Shown here piece by piece: positions 11,438 to 20,321 of a stretch of DNA of 64,000 nucleotides (its first letter is position 1; each line of letters starts with the position of its first letter). A model generated the notes under the pieces. The model ran no database searches. It was not told the DNA's origin and was given only the letters and a program-made list of their open reading frames with translations. A program made the translations under genes and the position numbers. Source of the stretch: SAR324 cluster bacterium (lineage in GTDB: Bacteria; SAR324; NAC60-12); assembly GCA_014382365.1 (NCBI GenBank), contig JACNJW010000035.1:1165-65164 (forward strand), read 5' to 3'.

Positions 11438-13030
11438 ATGAACAACATAAATATTTCCGGAAAGATGCATCCGGGATTTGAGATAATTCTGACAGAGGAA
11501 GCACAGGAATTTTTAATCAAACTGCATCAAAGATTCAACAATACCCGCAAAGCTCTATTAGGGCGCCGCTCAGAAATTCATCAAAAAATTCTTGCAGGTG
11601 AAAATCCTATATTTTTACCTGAAACCGCATCTGTCCGTAAAGGAAACTGGCAAGTAGCACCCATTCCTGATGACCTGCAGGACCGCCGCTGTGAAATTAC
11701 AGGACCCGCAGAAGCAAAGATGATGATCAACGCACTCAATTCCGGTGCAAAAATTTTCATGGTCGATTTAGAAGATTCGATTACACCCAACTGGTTCAAT
11801 CAAATCCAGGGACAGGCAAATTTATCGGCTGCCTACGAACGCACGCTTGAATTTAACAGTCCGGAAGGCAAGGAATATCGACTAAATTCAGGAGAGCTGG
11901 CAACATTAATTGTCCGTCCACGTGGCTGGCATCTGGAAGAAAAGCATATCCTGATTGATGGTGAGGTTGCTTCAGGTTCACTGGTGGATGCCGGACTTTA
12001 TCTGTTCCACAATATCAAACGAACCCTGAACAAAGGTACCGGTCCGTATTTTTATCTGCCGAAACTGGAAAACCATTTGGAAGCCCGTTTGTGGGATGAG
12101 GTTTTTGCCTTTGCAGAACAGGAGTTGGGTGTAACACATGGCACCATCAAGGTGACTGTGCTGCTGGAAACTATTTTGGCTTCTTTTGAAATTGATGAAA
12201 TTCTGTATGAGTTGCGTGAACACATGGCTGGAATCAATGCCGGACGTTGGGATTATATGTTTAGTGCAATCAAAAAATTTCGGCATGTACCGGAATTCCT
12301 CTGGCCGGACCGTGCACAAGTCACGATGACTGCACCAATGATGAGGGCCTATACTGAATTGCTGGTACAGACTTGTCATAAACGTGGTGCACATGCGATT
12401 GGAGGAATGGCTGCTTTTATTCCCAGCCGCCGTGACGCGGAAGTAAACCGCGTTGCGCTGGCCAAAGTTAAAGAGGATAAGGAACGCGAAGCACAAGATG
12501 GTTTTGACGGCTCATGGGTCGCACACCCTGACCTGGTTCCGGTTTGTACTGATGTTTTCAGCAAGGCTTTTGAAGACGGCAGAGTAAATCAAAAGCACCG
12601 CTTGCGTGAGGATGTTCAAGTAACACCGGAGATGCTGCTGGATTTTAAAATACCGGGAGGAAAAATAACTGAATCCGGTTTGCGCAACAATATCAGTGTG
12701 GGAATCCAATACATTTCTGCCTGGTTAAAAGGTACAGGTGCAGTAGCTATTTTCAATTTGATGGAAGACGCGGCAACAGCTGAAATAGCCAGATCACAGG
12801 TTTGGCAATGGATTCAACATCCTGAAGGAAAATTGGATGACGGTCGTAATATCACGGTTGAGATGGTGCAAAAGCTGATTCCTGAGGAACTCGCAAAAAT
12901 CCGGGAAACTTATGATGATGCATATGATGAAGAAAAGATGAATCAGGCCCGAGACTTGTTTGTCTCATTGGTTATCGAAGAGGATTTTGAGGAGTTCCTT
13001 ACTGTTAGGGCCTATGATCAGTTGGACTGA
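11438..13030 (+). CDS. aceB: Malate synthase A
   Basis: DRRCEITGP, VRPRGWHL, YFYLPKLE, NAGRWDY, GFDGSWVAHP, LMEDAATAEIARSQ. Confidence 0.96.
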   Translation: MNNINISGKMHPGFEIILTEEAQEFLIKLHQRFNNTRKALLGRRSEIHQKILAGENPIFLPETASVRKGNWQVAPIPDDLQDRRCEITGPAEAKMMINALNSGAKIFMVDLEDSITPNWFNQIQGQANLSAAYERTLEFNSPEGKEYRLNSGELATLIVRPRGWHLEEKHILIDGEVASGSLVDAGLYLFHNIKRTLNKGTGPYFYLPKLENHLEARLWDEVFAFAEQELGVTHGTIKVTVLLETILASFEIDEILYELREHMAGINAGRWDYMFSAIKKFRHVPEFLWPDRAQVTMTAPMMRAYTELLVQTCHKRGAHAIGGMAAFIPSRRDAEVNRVALAKVKEDKEREAQDGFDGSWVAHPDLVPVCTDVFSKAFEDGRVNQKHRLREDVQVTPEMLLDFKIPGGKITESGLRNNISVGIQYISAWLKGTGAVAIFNLMEDAATAEIARSQVWQWIQHPEGKLDDGRNITVEMVQKLIPEELAKIRETYDDAYDEEKMNQARDLFVSLVIEEDFEEFLTVRAYDQLD

Positions 13031-13035
13031 CTTTT

Positions 13036-13536
13036 CTACTGCAGACGTTGAGGAACTTCCTCATCATTAGTCTGCTGCCAGTTTTGCCAAAGCATCCGGA
13101 TACTGACACCGGTTTTCGGATGTTCCCAGGCAGGATTGAGCTCAAGTAGCGGTAACAAAACAAAACTGCGCTTTTCCAGTTCCGGATGTGGAATTCTCAA
13201 ATTATCCTTGTCAATAATTTCATCTGCATAAGCTAAAATATCAATATCAATTGTCCGCGAACCCCACCGCTCGTTACGGACTCGTCCAAGTTTGTTTTCA
13301 ATCTTCTGACATTTATTCAGTAGCTCAAATGGAGAAAGCATAGTCAAACCACAAAGCACAAGATTGAGATATTTTGGCTGTGGCATCTTCAAAAGCGGCT
13401 CACTTTCAAAAATTGAAGAAACTCGAAACTGCTGCAATGGTAGCGACTTTAATTCAGCACAGGCCTGCTTCAGTAAGTCCAGACGATTTCCTAAGTTGCT
13501 CCCCAGACCTAAATGCACTAAAATAGCTTCTGTCAT
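13036..13536 (-). CDS. folK: 2-amino-4-hydroxy-6-hydroxymethyldihydropteridine diphosphokinase
   Basis: LGLGSNLG, RWGSRTIDIDIL, IPHP...R.FVL.PL. Confidence 0.95.
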   Translation of the reverse strand: MTEAILVHLGLGSNLGNRLDLLKQACAELKSLPLQQFRVSSIFESEPLLKMPQPKYLNLVLCGLTMLSPFELLNKCQKIENKLGRVRNERWGSRTIDIDILAYADEIIDKDNLRIPHPELEKRSFVLLPLLELNPAWEHPKTGVSIRMLWQNWQQTNDEEVPQRLQ

Positions 13537-13626
13537 TATCCGTTTTTAAGTTTGAATTATTGTTAGCATGAGCTTAGCACAGTTGCTGCTAGAGTCGCAA
13601 ACAGAAGCCCGACCAGTTAAGTCAAA

Positions 13627-14184
13627 ATGATACGTATCATCGCAGGAGAATACAGAGGACTAAAATTAAAAGTCCCTACAGGTCAAGATGTACGGCCCAC
13701 TTCAGATCGGGTGCGTGAAGCACTTTTTAATCTGCTTACTCCACTGTTAAATTGGGAAAAGATGACTGTACTAGATCTTTATGCCGGTAGCGGTGCCCTG
13801 GGTTTGGAAGCCCTAAGCCGGGGTGCACTAAAAGCAGTCTTTGTAGAATCTTCACGAAAGCAAATGAAAATTATAAGGCAGAATATTGAACTGCTTTCCC
13901 TGAAGCAAACAAAATTTGAGTTAGTTCAGGACCGTGCCGGAAAATGGATTACTCTTTTTGCAGATCCGCAAAATCCGGCTTTAGTTTTTCTTGATCCACC
14001 ATTTTCAAGTAACGAGTACAAACTTTTGCTGGAAAAATTGTCACTGCTGCCTACAATCAGGTCTGGCTCTCTGATTACTGTAGAATCAACTCAAACCCGT
14101 GAAATTTTGTTTCCGAATAATTTAGAACTTATAAAACACCGCCGATACGGTTCTATCACGCTTGATATTTTACGCAAAGGCTGA
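13627..14184 (+). CDS. rsmD: 16S rRNA m2G966 methyltransferase
   Basis: RIIAG..RG, RPTSDRVREALFN, LDLYAGSGALGLEALSRGA, FLDPPF. Confidence 0.95.
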   Translation: MIRIIAGEYRGLKLKVPTGQDVRPTSDRVREALFNLLTPLLNWEKMTVLDLYAGSGALGLEALSRGALKAVFVESSRKQMKIIRQNIELLSLKQTKFELVQDRAGKWITLFADPQNPALVFLDPPFSSNEYKLLLEKLSLLPTIRSGSLITVESTQTREILFPNNLELIKHRRYGSITLDILRKG

Positions 14185-14281
14185 TTCGGCTTGAACACAA
14201 TAATCTTGCCTTGATGGCACCACTAGCCTAATCTTAAACTGAACCACAAATGTTTTTATATAAATTTTACTGTTTTAGGGC

Positions 14282-15097
14282 ATGAGTTTTTTTGCAAAAA
14301 TTGATCGGGAGACACTGCCTCAACATGTTGCCATCATCATGGACGGTAACGGACGCTGGGCTACTCAACGCCGAATGCCAAGACTTCAGGGCCACCGCAA
14401 TGCAGTCAAAGCAGTACGATCCTGTGTCGAAGCTTCAGCAGAGTTGGGTTTAAAAATCCTGACCCTCTATGCATTTTCTACAGAAAACTGGCAGCGCCCA
14501 AAAAAAGAAGTTTCTGCACTGATGAATCTATTTTTTGAGTTTTTGGAAAAGGAACTGCAGACGATGTTGAAAAACAACGTGAGGTTTCAACTGATAGGAG
14601 ATCGAGACGGATTACCGGATTTTCTACAAAAACGCTTGAGCCACGCTCTTGAATCCACTGCAGGCAATACAGGTCTGTTGCTGAATTTGGCAATTAATTA
14701 CGGAGGTCGGGATGAAATGGTACGTGCAGTCCGTACTATTGCAGAAGCAGTTAAGGAAGGAGATTTACTTCCGGAAAATGTTGATGAAGCCTTGATTTCT
14801 GCTAACACCTATACGGCAGGACAACCTGATCCGGATTTAATCATCCGTACCAGTGGTGAGCTTCGTCTTTCAAACTTTTTGATTTGGCAGGCAGCCTATG
14901 CTGAATTTTATTTTACAGAAGTTTTGTGGCCAGATTTTACTAAAGAAAATCTGTATGAGGCTCTGGTGGAATTCCAACAAAGAAAACGCCGCATGGGACG
15001 AACAACAGATTCAGGTGTATATGTTGAAACAGTCATGGATGCTCCACTCAAAGTTTCCAGCATCAATAAAGAATTCACTTCCGGAGCCACTGCCTGA
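14282..15097 (+). CDS. uppS: Undecaprenyl diphosphate synthase
   Basis: HVAIIMDGNGRWA, YAFSTENW.RP, IRTSGE.RLSNFL. Confidence 0.97.
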   Translation: MSFFAKIDRETLPQHVAIIMDGNGRWATQRRMPRLQGHRNAVKAVRSCVEASAELGLKILTLYAFSTENWQRPKKEVSALMNLFFEFLEKELQTMLKNNVRFQLIGDRDGLPDFLQKRLSHALESTAGNTGLLLNLAINYGGRDEMVRAVRTIAEAVKEGDLLPENVDEALISANTYTAGQPDPDLIIRTSGELRLSNFLIWQAAYAEFYFTEVLWPDFTKENLYEALVEFQQRKRRMGRTTDSGVYVETVMDAPLKVSSINKEFTSGATA

Positions 15098-15106
15098 GAT
15101 TAATTT

Positions 15107-15934
15107 ATGAGTGAGACCAAGCCCCCTTCTGATTTATCCGCAAGAGTCAAAACCGGGATTCCACTGGCTGCAGGAATTATACTGTTGCTCTTTACGCCAA
15201 CTTATATTATTGGTCTGATTGTGCTTGTTGTGGCTTTCATTGGAGCACAGGAACTTACCGGGATGCTGTCTGCTAAAAGTGGCAAAGCTGAAACAGTGAC
15301 TCTCCCGGAGTGGTTGTTACCAGGAACTGCTGTACTGATGGGGCTGGGAGCACTGGCCGGTGAAACCGGACTTCACGGGGCCTTGCTGCTCAGTGCTCTG
15401 GGCTGGATATTTTATGAACTGGTTTTCACACCAAAAAGTGAACTATCCAAACTGTCCACACTGGGTTTCGGTATGTTTGGTATGGTCTGGGCGGTCTGGA
15501 GTGTTTTACACATTACACTGATTAAAACACTTCCGGATGGAACTGCTTTACTGTTCTATCTTTTACTCGTAATCAGTTTCAGCGACATCTTTGCTTATTT
15601 TGGCGGAAAACGTTTTGGTAAATCTTTGCTTGCTCCGAACATTAGTCCAAAAAAAACCTGGGAAGGCAGTTTTTTTGGAATAGTGGGAGGAGGTCTAGTT
15701 GGTGCGGTTTTTGGCGAGCTGACAATGTCAATGTTCTGGCTTTATGGTTTTGTCCTGGCCATGCTGCTGGCAGTTGTTGGACAACTTGGTGATTTAGTTG
15801 AGTCAAAAATAAAACGGCTCTGTGATGTCAAAGATTCTGGAACACTATTGCCCGGACATGGCGGCATCCTTGACAGGATTGACGGACACATGCTTGCTGC
15901 ACCGGTCTTTTATTATTTGCTGCAACTCGGATGA
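15107..15934 (+). CDS. cdsA: Phosphatidate cytidylyltransferase
   Basis: ISPKKTWEG, GDLVES.IKR...VKDSG.LLPGHGGILDRID. Confidence 0.96.
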   Translation: MSETKPPSDLSARVKTGIPLAAGIILLLFTPTYIIGLIVLVVAFIGAQELTGMLSAKSGKAETVTLPEWLLPGTAVLMGLGALAGETGLHGALLLSALGWIFYELVFTPKSELSKLSTLGFGMFGMVWAVWSVLHITLIKTLPDGTALLFYLLLVISFSDIFAYFGGKRFGKSLLAPNISPKKTWEGSFFGIVGGGLVGAVFGELTMSMFWLYGFVLAMLLAVVGQLGDLVESKIKRLCDVKDSGTLLPGHGGILDRIDGHMLAAPVFYYLLQLG

Positions 15935-17184
15935 AATCCTCTGAAAGCACTTCAAACTGTCAGCTAACTCCAGCCTCAGTTCCTGCCAAAATAACGGTCC
16001 TTGGAGCAACCGGTTCGATTGGTCTCAATACACTCGAAATAGTTCGGCAGTTTCCGCAAAAATTTCAAATTGAAGCCTTATCCTGCCGCAATTCTATTGA
16101 GATCTTGGTTGAACAGATCAAAGAATTTAAACCTCGGCTGGCATGTGTAGACAACAGCAAGCAGGCACGTGAGCTGCGTGATGCTTTTCATAACGACGGC
16201 TCCGGATCGGAAACTGAGTTTGTCTGGGGTGTTGAAGGATTAATGCAGATTTCCAGTGCTCCTGAGGTAGATTTGGTTGTGGCTGGAATTGTTGGTGCTG
16301 CAGGACTAAAGCCCACATTTTCTGCAGTCGAAGCCGGAAAAACGGTGGCTGTAGCAAACAAAGAACCGCTGGTAATGGCTGGAGAGTTATTTGTACAGAC
16401 AGCCAAAAAAACTGGCGCAAAGATCTTGCCAACTGACAGCGAACACAACGCTATTTTCCAAGCACTGCACAACGAACCTGTTGAACGTGTGGCCCGCTTA
16501 ATTCTGACTGCTTCCGGAGGCCCCTTCAGGGATCGCTCTCTGGCGGAATTTGAACAAATTACACTTGCTGAAGCACTGGACCACCCAAACTGGGAAATGG
16601 GACAAAAAATAAGCATTGATTCTGCCACAATGATGAACAAGGGTCTGGAAATTATTGAGGCACACTGGCTATTTAATGCACCGGTTGAAAATATTGATGT
16701 GGTGCTGCATCGTGAAAGTATAATCCATTCCATGGTTGAGTTTGTGGACGGATCTTTTTTGGCACAAATGGGATTACCTGATATGAAGGTTCCAATCGCC
16801 TATTGTCTTGGCTGGCCAGAACGTCTGCCTATGAAAATTCCCCGCCTGGATCCACTCTCAATGAATACACTCCATTTTGAAAAAATTGATCCGCAACGAT
16901 ACCCGTGCCTTAACCCTGCCATCGAAGCAGCCAAGCAGGGAGGAGCAGCACCAGCTGTTTTGAACGGCGCCAATGAAACGGTTGTGAGCGCCTTTTTGAG
17001 TGAAGAAATCCGTTTTGTAGAGATTGCTAAAATTATTACTGCTGTAATGCAAAGCCTGAAAGAGGCGACAATGCAAGCAGATCTGCCTGATTATCTCAGG
17101 GAAATCTGCACACTTGAAGATGCAGAACAAGCTGATCAATGGGGACAGGAACAAGCCGGCAATATGCTGGAACAGATTAACTAG
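15931..17184 (+). CDS. dxr: 1-deoxy-D-xylulose-5-phosphate reductoisomerase
   Basis: LGATGSIG, ANKE, LPTDSEH, LTASGGPF, HPNW.MG.KISIDSATMMNKGLE. Confidence 0.97.
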   Translation: MKSSESTSNCQLTPASVPAKITVLGATGSIGLNTLEIVRQFPQKFQIEALSCRNSIEILVEQIKEFKPRLACVDNSKQARELRDAFHNDGSGSETEFVWGVEGLMQISSAPEVDLVVAGIVGAAGLKPTFSAVEAGKTVAVANKEPLVMAGELFVQTAKKTGAKILPTDSEHNAIFQALHNEPVERVARLILTASGGPFRDRSLAEFEQITLAEALDHPNWEMGQKISIDSATMMNKGLEIIEAHWLFNAPVENIDVVLHRESIIHSMVEFVDGSFLAQMGLPDMKVPIAYCLGWPERLPMKIPRLDPLSMNTLHFEKIDPQRYPCLNPAIEAAKQGGAAPAVLNGANETVVSAFLSEEIRFVEIAKIITAVMQSLKEATMQADLPDYLREICTLEDAEQADQWGQEQAGNMLEQIN

Positions 17185-17207
17185 TTGCATTTAAATCATA
17201 GGAATAA

Positions 17208-17594
17208 TTGAGTTCATCTAATTTAGTATTAACTGTCTTGAAAGAGACTTATACCATTCATAAGCTTGAGCGTAACACTACCTTGCCGGAAGTGTTGACT
17301 GAGTGTGAATTTTACAGTCTGAGCAAAACACAGCAAGAATTATCTCTGGTTTGTTCAGAACAAATTTTTATTCAAAGTGAAAACAGCAGCTCAGACTGGA
17401 AATGTCTGAAAGTAGCAGGACCGCTCGACTTTAATCTGACTGGTATACTTGCTGGACTTTCTGATACACTGGCAAAAGCAAAGATCAGTATCTTTGCCAT
17501 TTCTACATTTAACACAGATTACATTTTGATTCAAAAACAAGACCTGGAAGCTGCTCAAACTGCACTTATCAGTCAAGGATATCAGTTTAAATAA
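17208..17594 (+). CDS. ACT-domain protein (CASTOR/ACT_7 type)
   Basis: ELSLVC, W.CL.V.GPLDF.LTGILA, ISIFAISTF.TDYIL. Confidence 0.88.
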   Translation: MSSSNLVLTVLKETYTIHKLERNTTLPEVLTECEFYSLSKTQQELSLVCSEQIFIQSENSSSDWKCLKVAGPLDFNLTGILAGLSDTLAKAKISIFAISTFNTDYILIQKQDLEAAQTALISQGYQFK

Positions 17595-17621
17595 ACGTAA
17601 CCATTCTTTTTTTAGCTTATA

Positions 17622-18938
17622 ATGACTACCATTTTATCATTCCTAGCAGTGCTTGGAATTCTGATTTTCATCCATGAACTCGGTCACTATCTCGCCGCCC
17701 GCCATGTAGGAGTACGCGTAGAGGCTTTCTCAATCGGCTTTCCGCCAACAGCATGGGGAAAGCAGATTGGAGAAACTGAATACCGTATTTCGTGGGTTCC
17801 TCTGGGAGGTTATGTCAAATTATTTGGACAGAATGTTAGCGATGAAAATCCGGATGACCCCACAAATTATGCGGCAAAATCAATATTTCAACGGCTTTAT
17901 ATTCTTGTTGCAGGACCGCTGATGAATCTATTGTTTGCCTTAATCATTATGCCACTGGTTTTTTGGATTGGGATGGATGTTCCTGCTTATTTAAATGAGG
18001 TTCCACGCATTCAAAATATCCTAAGCGGAGGCTATGCTCAAAAATTAGGAGTCCTTCCCAATGATGAAATTATAGCGGTGAATGCTAACCCTGTTAAAAA
18101 CTGGGAAGAACTGCATAGTACGATGGGGCAAATTTCACCTGCTGACAGTTTCAGCCTGGAAGTTTATCGAGGTGGTAATTCAGTGGCTCTTGAAGGCTCT
18201 GCTCATGAAATGCTCCGAGCCGGATCAATGGGTTGGTCACCTTTTATGGCACCGGTTGTTGGAGGATTTACCAAACTATCTCCTGCACAACAAGCCGGAA
18301 TCCGAGTAGGTGATCTAGTTTCTGCTATCAATAACAGTGCAATTCAGGACTGGAGTGAGATCTCACCGGCAATTCAAACTATCATGAATAGTAAGCTTGA
18401 TTCTGCAAATAATTCAGAAACAAACATTGCTGTTGAATTACAGAGAAATGGTGAGCTTCTATTAGTAGAAGTTGTTCCCTATTTGGAAGAAAATTCACAA
18501 CGCTGGCTTTTGGGCATGAGCATGTCAAAGATTACGCGCTCACACTCCTTTACTGAATCAGTTAAATTGGGAACCTTCCGCTTGTGGTTTCTGAGCAAAG
18601 CTACCTTTGGGTTTCTGGCTCAAATGTTCCAGGGAGAAGGATCGATGGATGATCTTGGCGGTCCGGTCAAAATCGGGATGGTGATTGGTGATGCTGTACG
18701 CAGTGGCTTGGCTGACCTGCTGTTTTTGATGTCATTCATCAGCCTTCAACTTGGTATCTTCAATTTACTGCCGATTCCTGCTTTGGACGGAGGGCATATC
18801 TTTATGTTGTTGATAGAAAAAATAAACGGTGCTCCTCTAAGTGTGGCTTTACGCGAAAGATCTCAGATGCTTGGTTTTTCTGTCCTAATCTCTTTGATGA
18901 TTTTTGTTACATGGAACGATTTAGTGAGCTTGCTCTGA
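17622..18938 (+). CDS. rseP: RIP metalloprotease RseP (M50, two PDZ domains)
   Basis: HELGH, PLGGYVK, AGP.MN, FNLLPIPALDGGH; conserved uppS-cdsA-dxr-rseP synteny. Confidence 0.96.
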   Translation: MTTILSFLAVLGILIFIHELGHYLAARHVGVRVEAFSIGFPPTAWGKQIGETEYRISWVPLGGYVKLFGQNVSDENPDDPTNYAAKSIFQRLYILVAGPLMNLLFALIIMPLVFWIGMDVPAYLNEVPRIQNILSGGYAQKLGVLPNDEIIAVNANPVKNWEELHSTMGQISPADSFSLEVYRGGNSVALEGSAHEMLRAGSMGWSPFMAPVVGGFTKLSPAQQAGIRVGDLVSAINNSAIQDWSEISPAIQTIMNSKLDSANNSETNIAVELQRNGELLLVEVVPYLEENSQRWLLGMSMSKITRSHSFTESVKLGTFRLWFLSKATFGFLAQMFQGEGSMDDLGGPVKIGMVIGDAVRSGLADLLFLMSFISLQLGIFNLLPIPALDGGHIFMLLIEKINGAPLSVALRERSQMLGFSVLISLMIFVTWNDLVSLL

Positions 18939-18956
18939 ATGTACCTCCATTTTTAC

Positions 18957-18985
18957 TTGACAAGTTTTTAACTTTACTATAAATT
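18957..18985 (+). promoter_or_regulatory. Sigma70-type promoter for the repeat-protein/T1SS locus
   Basis: TTGACA (18957-18962), 17-bp spacer, TAAATT (18980-18985). Confidence 0.6.
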
Positions 18986-19031
18986 TCACTAACGATCATT
19001 TTCATATTGAAAGATGACTGGCAACCGCAGA

Positions 19032-19084
19032 TTATGAAAGGCTATGGAAGTGGATACTGCGGTAAGTATAATCCACTTTCATAA
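19032..19084 (+). promoter_or_regulatory. Structured 5' leader with alternative stems
   Basis: TATGGAAGTGGAT (19043-19055) pairs with ATCCACTTTCATA (19071-19083) with one G-U; TTATGAAAG (19032-19040) can pair with the overlapping CTTTCATAA (19076-19084). Confidence 0.4.
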
Positions 19085-19152
19085 AGACAATAAACTACTC
19101 TTCATGAGCAACTTGGAGAGATATCTTTTTAACGCAAACAGAGGAGACTAAA

Positions 19153-20151
19153 ATGGCAGAAGAAACAACAGGCGGTGAGCCGCAAGCAGGACCGGGACCG
19201 GATGCAGGTCCTCCTCCAGCTGGAGAAGTAAATATAGACGGAAACACACTTTCTTCAGATGGTGAAGGCAACATGAGCTTTGAAGGAGCTGATGGGGCAC
19301 ATGGTGAAATGAGTGCAGACGGATCTGCATCATTTCAAGGACCGGAAGGTTCAGGAATATCTGGAGAAATGAATGCTGATGGTTCAGGATCATGGACTGG
19401 TTCGGACGGTACTACTACTTCTTGGGAAGCCGGTGAAGCTCCTCCTAATGACTTGCCCGGAATGGAAGCACTTCCTGATATGGGAGAAATCGCCAACTCC
19501 CCTGAAGCAGTAGAAGCTTTTGGCGGCCCTCCTCCGGGAATGATGGATGGCGAACCTGGGATAGGTCCAATGCATGGAGACATGGAAGGAGTGACAGGTG
19601 ACGTATCTGGCTGCTCGGGTGACATGACTGGTGTAACTGGAGACGTGTCTGATTGTTCTGGCGATATGTCAGGATGCCAGGGTGATATGACTGGCTGCGA
19701 AGGCGACATGTCTGGAGTCACAGGTGATGTTTCAGATTGTTCTGGAGACATGACTGGTTGTCAGGGTGACGTATCTGGCTGCTCTGGCGACATGACTGGT
19801 TGCGAAGGTGACATGACTGGAGTCACTGGTGACATGGGGCCATACGCTGGTGACATGACTGACGTGACTGGTCCTCCACCAGCTGAAATGATGGGTGCTG
19901 AGGGCGACCAAGGAATGGGTGCCATGGATCAAGCATTTGCTGACCCAGGAATGGATCCTGGAATGGCTCCTCCAGGGGATGATCCAATGGGAGCTGCACT
20001 TGACGATTCTGCTGCGGCAAGTGATGCCGGTGGTGCAGCTGGAGGCCAAGGTCCAGGACCAGACCCAATGGCTGATATGCCTGACCCAGGGATGGATCCT
20101 GGAATGGATAAAGAGCCTGAAGACGACCAGGATGGTGGTGCTATAGGTTAA
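19153..20151 (+). CDS. Hyper-acidic Gly/Asp/Met/Cys-rich heptad-repeat protein; probable T1SS substrate
   Basis: Strong SD GAGGAG; 332 aa, no Arg, one Lys, about 30 Met, 8 Cys; no signal peptide; directly upstream of ABC transporter and HlyD genes. Confidence 0.85.
   Translation: MAEETTGGEPQAGPGPDAGPPPAGEVNIDGNTLSSDGEGNMSFEGADGAHGEMSADGSASFQGPEGSGISGEMNADGSGSWTGSDGTTTSWEAGEAPPNDLPGMEALPDMGEIANSPEAVEAFGGPPPGMMDGEPGIGPMHGDMEGVTGDVSGCSGDMTGVTGDVSDCSGDMSGCQGDMTGCEGDMSGVTGDVSDCSGDMTGCQGDVSGCSGDMTGCEGDMTGVTGDMGPYAGDMTDVTGPPPAEMMGAEGDQGMGAMDQAFADPGMDPGMAPPGDDPMGAALDDSAAASDAGGAAGGQGPGPDPMADMPDPGMDPGMDKEPEDDQDGGAIG
19576..19869 (+). repeat. 14 x 21-bp coding tandem repeat (heptad GD[MV][TSE][GD][CV][TSQE])
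   Basis: GDMEGVT GDVSGCS GDMTGVT GDVSDCS GDMSGCQ GDMTGCE GDMSGVT GDVSDCS GDMTGCQ GDVSGCS GDMTGCE GDMTGVT GDMGPYA GDMTDVT; units 2 and 10 share 20 identical nt (19597-19616 and 19765-19784). Confidence 0.95.
19940..20107 (+). repeat. Two copies of a 27-nt direct repeat encoding DPGMDPGM
   Basis: CTGACCCAGGRATGGATCCTGGAATGG at 19940-19966 and 20081-20107. Confidence 0.85.
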
Positions 20152-20168
20152 TACCAGTTGAGATCATG

Positions 20169-20205
20169 TAAGTGGTGCACTAAATTTTTTTTGCACCACT
20201 TATTT
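20169..20205 (+). terminator. Hairpin (terminator or mRNA-stabilising stem) between the substrate and transporter genes
   Basis: Perfect 11-bp inverted repeat TAAGTGGTGCA (20169-20179) / TGCACCACTTA (20192-20202), 12-nt loop, then TTT. Confidence 0.7.
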
Positions 20206-20321
20206 GACTATTTTATTATCCCAAACAAACCCACAACATGTGTGCCATTTAGAGAGATACACACCTCTTCGTTTTTCTTCAAAAATACTAATCCTAAAAC
20301 CTTCTTAAAAATAAATCCACT

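Noticed and set aside
19576..19869. 21-bp periodic repeat as a CRISPR array or non-coding VNTR
   Set aside because: There are no unique spacers, the units are in frame and vary mainly at synonymous positions, and no cas genes are present; it is a coding repeat
19148..20146. Overlapping alternative-frame and antisense ORFs (19335-19751, 19732-20049, 19823-20068 and others)
   Set aside because: These are shadows of the low-complexity repeat gene, which has the SD and promoter
19153..20151. RTX toxin/adhesin or collagen-like protein
   Set aside because: No GGxGxDxUx nonamers and no sustained Gly-X-Y triplet periodicity; the period is 7
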